Positions 49,852 to 59,386 of a DNA stretch of 64,000 nucleotides are shown here, in pieces. Source of the DNA: a virus; the IMG/VR virus record IMGVR_UViG_3300046002_004363, positions 1 through 64,000 of that record. One strand, given 5' to 3'. Numbering within the stretch: the first letter of the stretch is position 1; every line of letters begins with the position of its first letter. Both the position numbers and the translations under genes were made by a program. The notes under the pieces were generated by a model that ran no database searches, was not told where the DNA came from, and saw nothing but the letters and a program-made list of their open reading frames with translations.

Positions 49852-51414
49852 ATGGTTATAAAAGAAGTTAAATTTAATCAAGAAGCAAAAGAGCCTTTAA
49901 TTAAAGGTATCTCAACAGTTTGTGATGCAGTTGCTACAACTATGGGATATAGAGGTAGAACAGTATTAATTGAGAGTCCAGGAGGGCTTCCAATCGTAAC
50001 AAAGGATGGTGTATCGGTAGCGGAAAGTATTTTCCTTGAAGATGCAACAGAAAGTTTAGGTTGTGAGTTTGTAAAGCAAGCTTGTAGAAAAACAGTTAAT
50101 GAAGCAGGTGATGGTACAACTGGCACAGCCGTACTTACAAAGGCTATTATAGACAATAGTCAGAAGTATTTAAAGAAGGGTGAGTCGGCAATTGATTTAA
50201 AGAATGGTATTGACTTTGCTGTAAAGGAAGTTGTTGAGTACATCAAGAGTACATCTAAAGAAGTTGACGATTCGTACTTGTTTGATGTGGCAAGAATATC
50301 AGCAAACAATGATTCTGAATTAGGGGAGATAATTGCAAAAGCCTTTATATCTGCTGGAAAGAATGGTGTTGTATCTTACGAGCAATCAGAAAGTTCAGAA
50401 ACCTATTTAGACTTTATTGATGGTATGCCAATCGCAAGAGGGTATGAATTTGAGGGGTTTGTAAATAAACCAGAAAATAGATCAATCGAATTCAATAATA
50501 ACCCCCTTATCTTACTATCAAACAGAAGATTTCAGAACATTACAGAATTACTACCTGTTATAGAGTTTTGTCACCACGCAAAGAAAGAGCTACTTATCAT
50601 CTCTGAAATGGAGTTTGAGGTTATGAAGGTTTTGTATGCTAATAAAAAGAATGGTCTTAAGGTAGCTACTATTATACCGCCAAGTATAGGAGAGAAGCGT
50701 AGAGATTATTTAACAGATATTTCTTTAGCAACAGGTGGTTTAATTATTGATTTAGACACCTCTACAAATATTGAAGGGTATGATATGAATGAACTACTTG
50801 GTAAATGTAGTCGATTGACTGTAACTAAAGATGACACTGTATTATTCTTTAATGAAAAACCTAATGCAGATAGGGTTCAATCAAAGATTGAAGAGTTAAA
50901 TAAAGTAATCAAGAACTCAAACAATAATTTAGAAAAGGAATACCTGAGAGACCGTATATCAAAATTAGCTTGTGGTGTTTCTGTAATTAAGGTTGGAGGA
51001 ACAACTGAGGTAGAGATTAAGGAGAAGATTGATAGGGTTGACGATGCAATTAATGCAGTTAAGAGTGCAATAGCTGAAGGTGTGGTTGTAGGAGGTGGTT
51101 TAGCGCTATATAACGCCTCTTTAAAGCTTGTTCCTGTATCGAAAGGATATAAGTGTCTTCTTGAGTCAATTCAAGCTCCTATTCGCACTATTTTAAGTAA
51201 TGCAGGTATTAAGTTAGATTCAATTGAAATGAACTTACTAACATATCAAGATAACTATGGATACGATGTTAAGGATTACGAAATTGTAGATATGTTTGAG
51301 AAAGGAATTATAGATCCTTCAAAGGTAATTAGATTAGCCTTAGAGAATGCTGCAAGTGTAGCTACAACAGTTTTATTAACCAATACGACAATAACACATA
51401 AAAGAAGTAACTAA
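49852..51414 (+). CDS. groEL: phage chaperonin GroEL
   Basis: TKDGVSVA, AGDGTT, ISANND, KVGG.TEVE.KEK.DR.DDA, GIIDP.KV. Confidence 0.95.
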   Translation: MVIKEVKFNQEAKEPLIKGISTVCDAVATTMGYRGRTVLIESPGGLPIVTKDGVSVAESIFLEDATESLGCEFVKQACRKTVNEAGDGTTGTAVLTKAIIDNSQKYLKKGESAIDLKNGIDFAVKEVVEYIKSTSKEVDDSYLFDVARISANNDSELGEIIAKAFISAGKNGVVSYEQSESSETYLDFIDGMPIARGYEFEGFVNKPENRSIEFNNNPLILLSNRRFQNITELLPVIEFCHHAKKELLIISEMEFEVMKVLYANKKNGLKVATIIPPSIGEKRRDYLTDISLATGGLIIDLDTSTNIEGYDMNELLGKCSRLTVTKDDTVLFFNEKPNADRVQSKIEELNKVIKNSNNNLEKEYLRDRISKLACGVSVIKVGGTTEVEIKEKIDRVDDAINAVKSAIAEGVVVGGGLALYNASLKLVPVSKGYKCLLESIQAPIRTILSNAGIKLDSIEMNLLTYQDNYGYDVKDYEIVDMFEKGIIDPSKVIRLALENAASVATTVLLTNTTITHKRSN

Positions 51415-51665
51415 TGAAGGTAGTATTAAGTAACATTTTAGTTAAGGAGATTAAGGAAGACGTGAAGACAAGTAGCGGTCTTTATTTAGGAGATGGTCAA
51501 GACATTAAGTTTCACAGAGGTGAAGTAATTGAGATTGGAGAGAATGTAGATAAGGTCAATGTTGGAGAGACCATTTGGTTTGATAGACACAGAACATACC
51601 CAATTAACTATCAAGGAATCGAGTACTTGGTTATGGGATATGAGAATGTAGTGATTGTAGAATAG
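51414..51665 (+). CDS. groES: co-chaperonin GroES
   Basis: KTSSGLYL mobile loop, GEVIEIG..V..VGE. Confidence 0.85.
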   Translation: MKVVLSNILVKEIKEDVKTSSGLYLGDGQDIKFHRGEVIEIGENVDKVNVGETIWFDRHRTYPINYQGIEYLVMGYENVVIVE

Positions 51666-51701
51666 GTATAGGCGCAACAACTTCCATTTTCAATAGAACG
51701 C

Positions 51702-51732
51702 AAAAAAAGAGAGGGTTTAATCACCCTCTCTT
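51702..51732. terminator. terminator between convergent genes
   Basis: AAGAGAGGGT/ACCCTCTCTT. Confidence 0.7.
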
Positions 51733-52409
51733 ATTATTTCATCCTCTAAGTGATTTCCTAAACCACCATTTAAAATTTCATTCCTCTTCTTATTATACTC
51801 AACCATAAGTTTTGCAATCCTCTTATCCTTGTAGCTTGTCTCGTAGCTATTAAAGAATTTATTACTTGAAGAGTATTCGCTAATTTCTTCTTGCATAGTT
51901 AGTTTCTTGTATATACTAGAAACCCTTCTATTTGCCTTTATGGTTAATCTATATAATCTGTTTCCTGCAACCTTAATCATTGTATTACCAGGAAGAGCCT
52001 CTATCAATCCTAAATCAATAAATCTCTTTATGCTCTTATTTTTTTGAAGCATTGCAGAGTTATATACATCAAACTCCTTCTTTGAGAATAGTGGTTCTGA
52101 GTAAAAGTACATAAGCATCTCTATTTCATCAATGGTTAAATCATACATTACAGAAGCCCATCTCTTTACAATACCATAAAACTTCATAAAGTCAAACTCC
52201 CTATTACAAGAAATAACCTTTATAACCTTCTTCTTGAGTGGTCTTTTCTTTGACCTCTCATACTTCCGCTTCATTGGTCTATACTTCTTTGCTTTATGTA
52301 TAGTACTATCTGCAATTGGTTTTATTAAGAAACTATTGATTTCAGACAAGACTTTCTCTTCCTTGAGTGTTTTTTCATTCTGCTCTAAAAAGTCCTTAAA
52401 ATCGCTCAT
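51717..52409 (-). CDS. hypothetical protein
   Basis: ORF. Confidence 0.65.
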   Translation of the reverse strand: MSDFKDFLEQNEKTLKEEKVLSEINSFLIKPIADSTIHKAKKYRPMKRKYERSKKRPLKKKVIKVISCNREFDFMKFYGIVKRWASVMYDLTIDEIEMLMYFYSEPLFSKKEFDVYNSAMLQKNKSIKRFIDLGLIEALPGNTMIKVAGNRLYRLTIKANRRVSSIYKKLTMQEEISEYSSSNKFFNSYETSYKDKRIAKLMVEYNKKRNEILNGGLGNHLEDEIIREGD

Positions 52410-52412
52410 AAA

Positions 52413-52691
52413 TTATTTCTTTTTGCCTCTTGCTCGGACATCGCCTGGTGCATCTTTTTTACTTCCCCTATTAACTGATTGTGGTTTTAATACCATACCA
52501 TTCTTTGTGTGGCTTTGGTCTTTTCCATCACCAACACTACTTGTTCCGTTTTTATGGCTCTTTCTATTTGCTTTATTCAATTCAACCCTCTTCTTAACCT
52601 GTTCAGGTTTTTTATTGTACTCTTTTTGGTACTCATCCTTTTTTGCTTTAGCCTTAGGATTGTCTTTATAATACTTAGCAGTTTCTTTCAT
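52413..52691 (-). CDS. basic protein, weakly HNH-like
   Basis: GDGKD.SH...NRG. Confidence 0.4.
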   Translation of the reverse strand: MKETAKYYKDNPKAKAKKDEYQKEYNKKPEQVKKRVELNKANRKSHKNGTSSVGDGKDQSHTKNGMVLKPQSVNRGSKKDAPGDVRARGKKK

Positions 52692-53070
52692 ATTTCTTCA
52701 TTTCGTTTAATAATTCGTATCTTTCTCTTGTAATTAATTCATCTTCAATCAGTTGCTCCGCTTCATCAAGTCTGCCTTCGTATACTAGATCATCTAACTC
52801 ATCAGAGAATACAATTGAGTTTGATTCTAATAGCACATCACCTCTCCTGTCGTATATAATATCCTCTTCTTGATTACACACAATAGAGGCTATAATTGAT
52901 ATTGGTATTGAAGTTGACATATAGTCGTCTTTATCTACGTCATATAATTGGTCTATTGAATCGTAAATCATTCTAGCTAATTCATAGTTGTTATCTTCGT
53001 CTATAAAGTTATCTACTCGATTAAACAATTCTACATTTATTGCAGTAAATTCTGGGCTGTTGCTTTCCAT
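52675..53070 (-). CDS. acidic hypothetical protein
   Basis: ORF. Confidence 0.6.
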   Translation of the reverse strand: MESNSPEFTAINVELFNRVDNFIDEDNNYELARMIYDSIDQLYDVDKDDYMSTSIPISIIASIVCNQEEDIIYDRRGDVLLESNSIVFSDELDDLVYEGRLDEAEQLIEDELITRERYELLNEMKKYERNC

Positions 53071-53390
53071 TGATTGTCTGTTACGTTAATTACTTCTGTA
53101 TATGTGCTTCTACTTATTTCTCTTAATTCTGTTTCATCATTATCAAAGTGTATATCTACTCCTTCCATATAATGTTGCTTCTTGTCTCCATCAGTGTAAA
53201 TCACTTTGTTTATACCGAGTTTATCAGTTACCTTTATTAAGTCTTGATTAAGATACTTACTATGTCTTGTTGTTGTTACAATTACGTTGTATTCACCTTC
53301 AATTAATTCCTTAGCATATTCTTGTACTGATGGTAATGATAATGTTGCGTCAAAATCAAAACTTACTGTTATATTACTATTCTCTACCAT
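53037..53390 (-). CDS. HAD-superfamily protein
   Basis: SFDFDATL, TTR, K, HFDND. Confidence 0.7.
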   Translation of the reverse strand: MVENSNITVSFDFDATLSLPSVQEYAKELIEGEYNVIVTTTRHSKYLNQDLIKVTDKLGINKVIYTDGDKKQHYMEGVDIHFDNDETELREISRSTYTEVINVTDNQWKATAQNLLQ

Positions 53391-53392
53391 AT

Positions 53393-53719
53393 CTAGTTCA
53401 CATCATTAAAGTACATTTCATCATCATTCTCTTCGTACACAAAAGACCATTTAGTGTAATGATAGAACTTTGCATTTTGCAATAGACTTAATCTATCTAA
53501 AATTGCGTAATCATCAACATTAATTATATTGTCATCTATTTTGCCGAACATATCGTAGAAATCAGTACCTATCAAGACCACTACATCAGGCATAGAATCG
53601 TCAGATTGAAAATTAACCAATATTTCCCCCTTGAATTTATTTGCTAGTAGTAATGAGAATAAAAATACATTTGGTCTCTTTATCTGTGAGTTAAAATCCT
53701 CTATAAATTTTTCAATCAT
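53393..53719 (-). CDS. hypothetical protein
   Basis: ORF. Confidence 0.6.
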   Translation of the reverse strand: MIEKFIEDFNSQIKRPNVFLFSLLLANKFKGEILVNFQSDDSMPDVVVLIGTDFYDMFGKIDDNIINVDDYAILDRLSLLQNAKFYHYTKWSFVYEENDDEMYFNDVN

Positions 53720-53804
53720 AAGTTAAATCTTTTCACAAAAGTAATAAAAAAAGACCAAACAAAATGAATGGTCTTTTAATTGTAATCTGATTAAGTAATT
53801 TAAT

Positions 53805-54119
53805 CTACGATACCGCAGTTACACTGTAGCTTATCCAAGCTGTACTTGATATTCTTAAATATAATAAACCACCAGCTGTGATACTTCTGCAAACAACCTT
53901 AGTTCCTACTGGGAAAGTAGCTACTGGGTACGTTGAATTTAAAGTAGCTAATGATAATGCAGATGTAGTAGTGTTATTTACCGTAAAATCAACACCATCA
54001 ATTAAATCCTCTATCGTATAAGGTTCTGTTAAGCTATTTTGTTGAGCTGCTTTTCTCTCTGTTAGATCTGCATCAGTTGAAATACCGATAAATCTTGTTC
54101 CTGCTGGAATTGTTGCCAT
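53805..54119 (-). CDS. short fibre-like protein with shared N-terminal module
   Basis: MATIPAGTRFIG...DLTERK...YTIEDL. Confidence 0.55.
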   Translation of the reverse strand: MATIPAGTRFIGISTDADLTERKAAQQNSLTEPYTIEDLIDGVDFTVNNTTTSALSLATLNSTYPVATFPVGTKVVCRSITAGGLLYLRISSTAWISYSVTAVS

Positions 54120-54136
54120 AGTTTTTGTTTTATATA

Positions 54137-54892
54137 TTAATTGTAAAGTCTTAATTCAAAGTTTATTCTTCCACCATAAGACCAACCCACAGCAGGCGTT
54201 CCACTTACCTTATAACTAGCTAGTTCGATTGTATCAAAACCTAATAATGAAGGTGTAATTACGTGATATATACTGTTTTGAAGATAATTTGATGCGCTTA
54301 GATATGGATTTGTTAGTGTAATTAATTCAGATCCTAACACGATATTTATTTTTCCTGACACCCAGCTAACTGTTACAGTTGTGCCTAAAGTGTTCTCTAA
54401 AACATTTGTAGTTACAACAGATATAGATTCTGGGATTATTTGAGCAACATAAGACTTATAAGCTAATGCTTCTCCAGAAGCTCCTTGCGGTCCTGTTGGT
54501 CCTTGCGCACCTTGTGGTCCTGTAGCTCCTTGAGAGGCTAGTAAAGCCCATTTAGTTGTAGCCACCTCTGGATTAGAGTTACCTGTACCTGTGACTGCTG
54601 AAATACAAAACCAAGATGAACCATTAAAACCTACGGCATCATCTATTGCGTATGATGTATTTGTATTCCAAGCTCCTCTCCATTCTAATCCTGCTGGTCC
54701 TACTGGTCCTGGAGGTCCTGCTGGTCCTTGAACTCCTTGAGGTCCTTGAGATCCTGCTCCGATTGTTGCTGTAATATCCTCTAATGTAAAGTACTCTGAC
54801 TTTCTATCTACCTTAGTACCTTTCTTTTCGGTTAGGTCTGTAAACGCAGGGTCTACACCTAAAAACTTTGTTCCGCTTGGAATTGTTGCCAT
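54137..54892 (-). CDS. collagen-repeat fibre protein
   Basis: GPQ/GPA repeats, WRGAW...Y...DAV, shared N-terminal module. Confidence 0.75.
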   Translation of the reverse strand: MATIPSGTKFLGVDPAFTDLTEKKGTKVDRKSEYFTLEDITATIGAGSQGPQGVQGPAGPPGPVGPAGLEWRGAWNTNTSYAIDDAVGFNGSSWFCISAVTGTGNSNPEVATTKWALLASQGATGPQGAQGPTGPQGASGEALAYKSYVAQIIPESISVVTTNVLENTLGTTVTVSWVSGKINIVLGSELITLTNPYLSASNYLQNSIYHVITPSLLGFDTIELASYKVSGTPAVGWSYGGRINFELRLYN

Positions 54893-54908
54893 ATTTTATG
54901 TTTTCTTA

Positions 54909-55436
54909 TTAATTTGCTATTCTTATTTTGTTCAAATCTTTAAGCGCTTTCAGGTCTTTTGCTGTAAGTGTTTTTTTATTCCCAGTATTAACTTTAACAA
55001 AGTTTAAATTATTACTAGCTCTATTGGCGTAATCTGTACTGTCTCTTACAAATTGTTTTCTAAACTCAGGATTAAATTTTTCTCCAGGCTTAGTTGTTGT
55101 TTTAGCCTCGCTAACTACCTTTCCTTTTGAGTCAAAAACTCTGTCTTTTTGACCAGACTTTCCGTATTCGTACTTCTTAGGGTATTGTTTTACTTCAGCT
55201 TTACCTCCAGAGTATTTAACTCCGCTTGACTCGAATTTACCTTCTTTTACGTTTTTATCAATTTTTTTTGCGCTTTCAGTAAATTTCTTTGTGTATTCAA
55301 TGTTAGGCGTAGTTGGTGTAGTAACTGTTTTCTTAGTAGTTACAATTGTCTTCTTCTCGTCTTTCTTAACCGCTGGGGTTTTAGCAGGAGTTGTTTTAGT
55401 TACCTCTTTTTTCTTTTCTTTTAAAGCTATAGCCAT
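54909..55436 (-). CDS. Lys-rich hypothetical protein
   Basis: ORF. Confidence 0.6.
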   Translation of the reverse strand: MAIALKEKKKEVTKTTPAKTPAVKKDEKKTIVTTKKTVTTPTTPNIEYTKKFTESAKKIDKNVKEGKFESSGVKYSGGKAEVKQYPKKYEYGKSGQKDRVFDSKGKVVSEAKTTTKPGEKFNPEFRKQFVRDSTDYANRASNNLNFVKVNTGNKKTLTAKDLKALKDLNKIRIAN

Positions 55437-55455
55437 ATCTTTATTATTTTATTTG

Positions 55456-56088
55456 TTAAAATGTTTTGCTTAATGTAAATATCTCTGAATAAATTGAATC
55501 TTCTGCATTAGCTGAACCCCATTTAGCGGTTACGTCTAGCGTGTTATTTATTGTTGTATTGAATGTATTTATAGTACTAAAGTTAGTTCCCTCAAATGCC
55601 AATCCAGCATTTCTATTATATGAGAATATACCGCCAGACGCTACAGATCCATTACTACCAACACTTCTGACTGTAAAGTATATGTTTAGCTCCCAGTGTC
55701 TATTACTTATTGTGTCTAAATCAATTATTCCTGTATCAGCAAGTATTACAGATCCTGCCTTAATATTTAATCTTAAGGTTGCAGCTGAGTTGCAAGATAT
55801 ATGACCAATTAACTTTGCGTGATATGAATCCCCAACCTTAAATGCATTTGCAGGAACAGATAATGATCCAACACCACTACCAATTAAACTACTTTCTGTA
55901 GCTGTGTTTGCTATTGGAGTGCTACTTGTTGTTTGAGCGAATAGACCTACTAGTGGATTTATATAACCATAAATATCTTGTAGCGAGTAGTATTCGGTTT
56001 TTGAATCATTAAGAGACCCTTTCTTCTCGCTTAAATCAACCTTAGAAGAATCTACACCTAAGAATCTTGTATTGGTATCTATAGACAT
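55456..56088 (-). CDS. fibre-like protein with shared N-terminal module
   Basis: TRFLGVD...DLSEKK...YYSLQDI. Confidence 0.55.
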   Translation of the reverse strand: MSIDTNTRFLGVDSSKVDLSEKKGSLNDSKTEYYSLQDIYGYINPLVGLFAQTTSSTPIANTATESSLIGSGVGSLSVPANAFKVGDSYHAKLIGHISCNSAATLRLNIKAGSVILADTGIIDLDTISNRHWELNIYFTVRSVGSNGSVASGGIFSYNRNAGLAFEGTNFSTINTFNTTINNTLDVTAKWGSANAEDSIYSEIFTLSKTF

Positions 56089-56266
56089 AATCTATTTCTT
56101 CTTAAAAGCCGTACCCATCTTCTCTTTCTTCTCAAAAGCCTTACCTTCTTTTTTCTCGTGCTTAGCCTTAGCTGTTTTAGAAGTGTATTTTTCTTTTCCT
56201 CCGTATTCTTTAATCATTTTTTTCATATCGTAGAATGTTTTTATTTTTGATTTGCAAAGATACAAA

Positions 56267-56485
56267 TTATTCAACCACCTTTATAAAGTTTCCATTCTTA
56301 TCGTGTAGTGTAGTTAACTCAAACTTTTTATCTAAACCACTAAGTACCACTTCATTTAATTGAAATACCATTTGAAATACATTGAAGTCAACTGAACCTC
56401 CGTTCTCTTTGTAGTATCTGTAAAACCAACCTATATCGAATTGATTGGTATTTCTCATTTGTATATATTGTTCTCTATATTTCAT
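56267..56485 (-). CDS. hypothetical protein
   Basis: ORF. Confidence 0.6.
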   Translation of the reverse strand: MKYREQYIQMRNTNQFDIGWFYRYYKENGGSVDFNVFQMVFQLNEVVLSGLDKKFELTTLHDKNGNFIKVVE

Positions 56486-56488
56486 AAT

Positions 56489-57388
56489 TTATTTATTTAA
56501 TTTATCCCAATGTTTAGTTACAGTTATTCTTGACACACCTGATTTTTCTGAAACAGAATTTTTATTTATCTTTTCGTTATTCAATTTCATTTCATTTATA
56601 ACGGATTGTATTTCATTTATCTTTTCTTGCTTATTTAATTCATTTTTATTTACAACCAAGTCATAACCTTCAAGTCTTATGTTTTTAGATACATATTCTT
56701 CGTAATGTCTTTTAACTGTATTGAATGATATTTTTGTTCTATCTACTATCTCGTTTATATAGCATTTATCTAAACCATCTTTTTCTTCATTTATTATCTT
56801 GATAGTCTCAATTATTAAATCTCTTTTATTCATACTTTTTACTTTATTTAAAAATGTTAATGCTTCTTTTTGTTTTTTCTTTGCTTTAAAATCAGAATAA
56901 TATTTATCTTTTTTATAACCATCAAGTGAATTATACATATCTAATTCTTCTTTAGTCATAACAAATAATTCATCTAAATTTGTTTTCCACATTATTTTTT
57001 TGTCTTCATAAATCATATTCAACATTTCTTGACTAAATTCTTTGTTAAAACATTCTTCTGCTATCGAATATATATCATACTCTGAAACATATATCCCCTT
57101 TATCTTTTTTGTTTTCCTTATTAAAGATATACCCTCATCTACCAACATACCAATATTAACATCATCATTCAAATACATTAGTTTATAGAAAAAAGACTCA
57201 ACATTCCTCATTGCAGATGCTCTTGTATAATTAATACCAACATATCTTGCATCAACACAAGTATATCCATCTGGATAATACCAAAAGTATTTATGCTCAA
57301 TAGCTGTGGTTTTATTTATAGTTCTATAGTAAATCATATATGCAAATATACGAAAAATATGTATATAAATTACGCTATCAATATACAA
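56489..57388 (-). CDS. protein with C-terminal HTH motifs (true start probably near 57337)
   Basis: INEIVDRTKISFNTVKRH and KNSVSEKSGVSRITVTKH; promoter at 57343. Confidence 0.6.
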   Translation of the reverse strand: MYIDSVIYIHIFRIFAYMIYYRTINKTTAIEHKYFWYYPDGYTCVDARYVGINYTRASAMRNVESFFYKLMYLNDDVNIGMLVDEGISLIRKTKKIKGIYVSEYDIYSIAEECFNKEFSQEMLNMIYEDKKIMWKTNLDELFVMTKEELDMYNSLDGYKKDKYYSDFKAKKKQKEALTFLNKVKSMNKRDLIIETIKIINEEKDGLDKCYINEIVDRTKISFNTVKRHYEEYVSKNIRLEGYDLVVNKNELNKQEKINEIQSVINEMKLNNEKINKNSVSEKSGVSRITVTKHWDKLNK

Positions 57389-58392
57389 TTATTAACTTAT
57401 ATTAAAAATGTATATACCTATTCAAACCATCCTTTTATAATATACGGACATTAATGGTGTATACACTTTTATCAATAATTTGTTATATATTCTATGTTAG
57501 ATAAGTCTGTTGTAGTTAGTATGGTCTGTTGTTGTGATTATAACCCCACCCTACGATCACCACCCTCCCCACCAAAACCATCCACCAAAGCCTACGGGGG
57601 TAACCTTTCAAAATGTTTCTCCAAAAGTTTTTACCTTTTTAGCCTGGATTGATGTCGTGGTACATTACAGCCTACTTATTTAACGGCACAATATTGTAGT
57701 TAATCCATTCAACGTTTTAGGTAATCAACTTTTAAAACCAAAATACAAAGGTTTTATTTTTTTGTGGTGTGAAGTGGCTTTTGTCGGTGCAACTAATCCC
57801 AAAACCTAAAGCAATTTTAACCTAAAATAACTACATTCTAAAAGTTAAGTTCTTAAATTATAATAATATCATAAAATTGTATAAAATGTAACTACTTGAA
57901 AATCAAAGGCTTTAATAATAATCAAGTTAAAAAGTGTTAAAGTTTTGTTAAAGGTATTGTTATCTAAAATTAAATACCTATATTTGTAGTGTAATAATGA
58001 AACAAAGTTCTTTTATATACATTATGTAATACACGATAAGGCTAAACCACAGGTATACTATAAAATAAGTAAATGTGAAATAGGCAAACATCCGAGTATT
58101 GTAAGTTAGTTGGTCACACGTTACGCAAAGCAGTATGGTACACAAGGCGATAAGATAGCAAATGTTAAAAAAGTGTTAAAGTTTTTGTATATTAAATAAC
58201 TTGTTATATATTTGCAGTGTTAAGTAGAGACAAACTACTTCAAAATAAATCAGCTGATACCACAGGCTTACGATGTGGAGGTAGTCATAAAAGACTATAA
58301 AATAGGGTGTGGTCACTCAGGAATAAGCGGTAAAAAGTAATCCGTGAAGTCCGAGACTACGATACTGCCAACTACATAGGTATAAGGTCGTT

Positions 58393-58447
58393 AAGCGTAT
58401 AAGGATGTGTTATCCTTACTGAAGAGAGGCAGAACCTCGAAACGCTT
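58393..58447 (+). ncRNA. hammerhead ribozyme, type III
   Basis: AAGC-GTA^-TAAGGAT(GTGTT)ATCCTTA-CTGAAGA-GAGG(CAGAA)CCTC-GAAA-CGCTT: full core and three stems. Confidence 0.9.
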
Positions 58448-58707
58448 TTTAAAATTATACACTATGAAGAATAAACTTAAGGTTATAGCGCTACTAATTG
58501 TGGCGCTATTTCTATTAGCAGTAGCAGAAAAACATTGTGAAACCAAAAATAAATACTATGAAGGGCAGAAGTAATTCAAGTAGCAGAAGGTTAGCCTTAA
58601 CCATCAGCACAAGCAGTACAATGAATGATTTTATTAACAAAAAATTAGGAGTAACTAAAGAAAACAAACGACCAATTTTAATCAAACCAACTAAAAAATA
58701 ATATATT

Positions 58708-58896
58708 ATGGACAAATCTTATTCAATTTTTTGCATCGCAAGTCAGTTATTAAAAGATAACGAAAGAGAGTTAGATATAGTTTGGCAAAATGCAACCGAA
58801 CTATACAACGAATTTTTAAATAGTAGTTTCGATAATGTTAACGAATCGGAGTTGGACTGCATAAATGATTTTTTAAATTATAAAAATCTAATATAA
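58708..58896 (+). CDS. early hypothetical protein
   Basis: ORF. Confidence 0.6.
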   Translation: MDKSYSIFCIASQLLKDNERELDIVWQNATELYNEFLNSSFDNVNESELDCINDFLNYKNLI

Positions 58897-59237
58897 TGAA
58901 AACACTACAAATTAATTTGGGATTAAATAATAATCCAATGGATCGTGATCAGGTAGCTAACTACTTTTATGCACTATCTGAGTATAGACTAATGGCTTAT
59001 ATCATCAAGGATAAGACCTTTAATGGTGAAGTAGAGCCTACTTTTGTAGCCTTATTAGAGCATAAGTACACACGTGACAGCAAAATACTATCTGATGCTG
59101 AAAATTGGTGTAGCCTATTCACTCAGGAGTCAATTGCAGTAGTGACTGATAAAATGGAGGTGCTTGCATTCAATACGAAGTACGAAGGAGATACCTACAA
59201 ATTTGATTCTAGTCTATTTGAATACATTAAAATATAA
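58896..59237 (+). CDS. early hypothetical protein
   Basis: ORF, TAATG overlap. Confidence 0.7.
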   Translation: MKTLQINLGLNNNPMDRDQVANYFYALSEYRLMAYIIKDKTFNGEVEPTFVALLEHKYTRDSKILSDAENWCSLFTQESIAVVTDKMEVLAFNTKYEGDTYKFDSSLFEYIKI

Positions 59238-59306
59238 CCTTATGAGAGCAATTATAAAATTTTTAGAAGAGTTAGCTAAGAATTGTCCGAGCGAGACAAA
59301 ATGGTA

Positions 59307-59364
59307 GGCAAACTGATGAGGTTTTAATAACCGAAACTTGGATCTTCGGATCTGAGTCTTTGTC
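59307..59364 (+). ncRNA. hammerhead ribozyme, type I
   Basis: GGCAAA-CTGATGA-GGTT(TTAAT)AACC-GAAA-CTTGGATC(TTCG)GATCTGAG-TC^-TTTGTC, GUC cleavage triplet. Confidence 0.92.
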
Positions 59365-59386
59365 AAACTTTAAAAACAATACTAAT

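Noticed and set aside
17603-56666. Many short antisense ORFs in the track (e.g. 20144-20512, 30248-30577, 37211-37492, 45747-46178, 52234-52671)
   Set aside because: Shadow frames of long genuine genes with no independent signals
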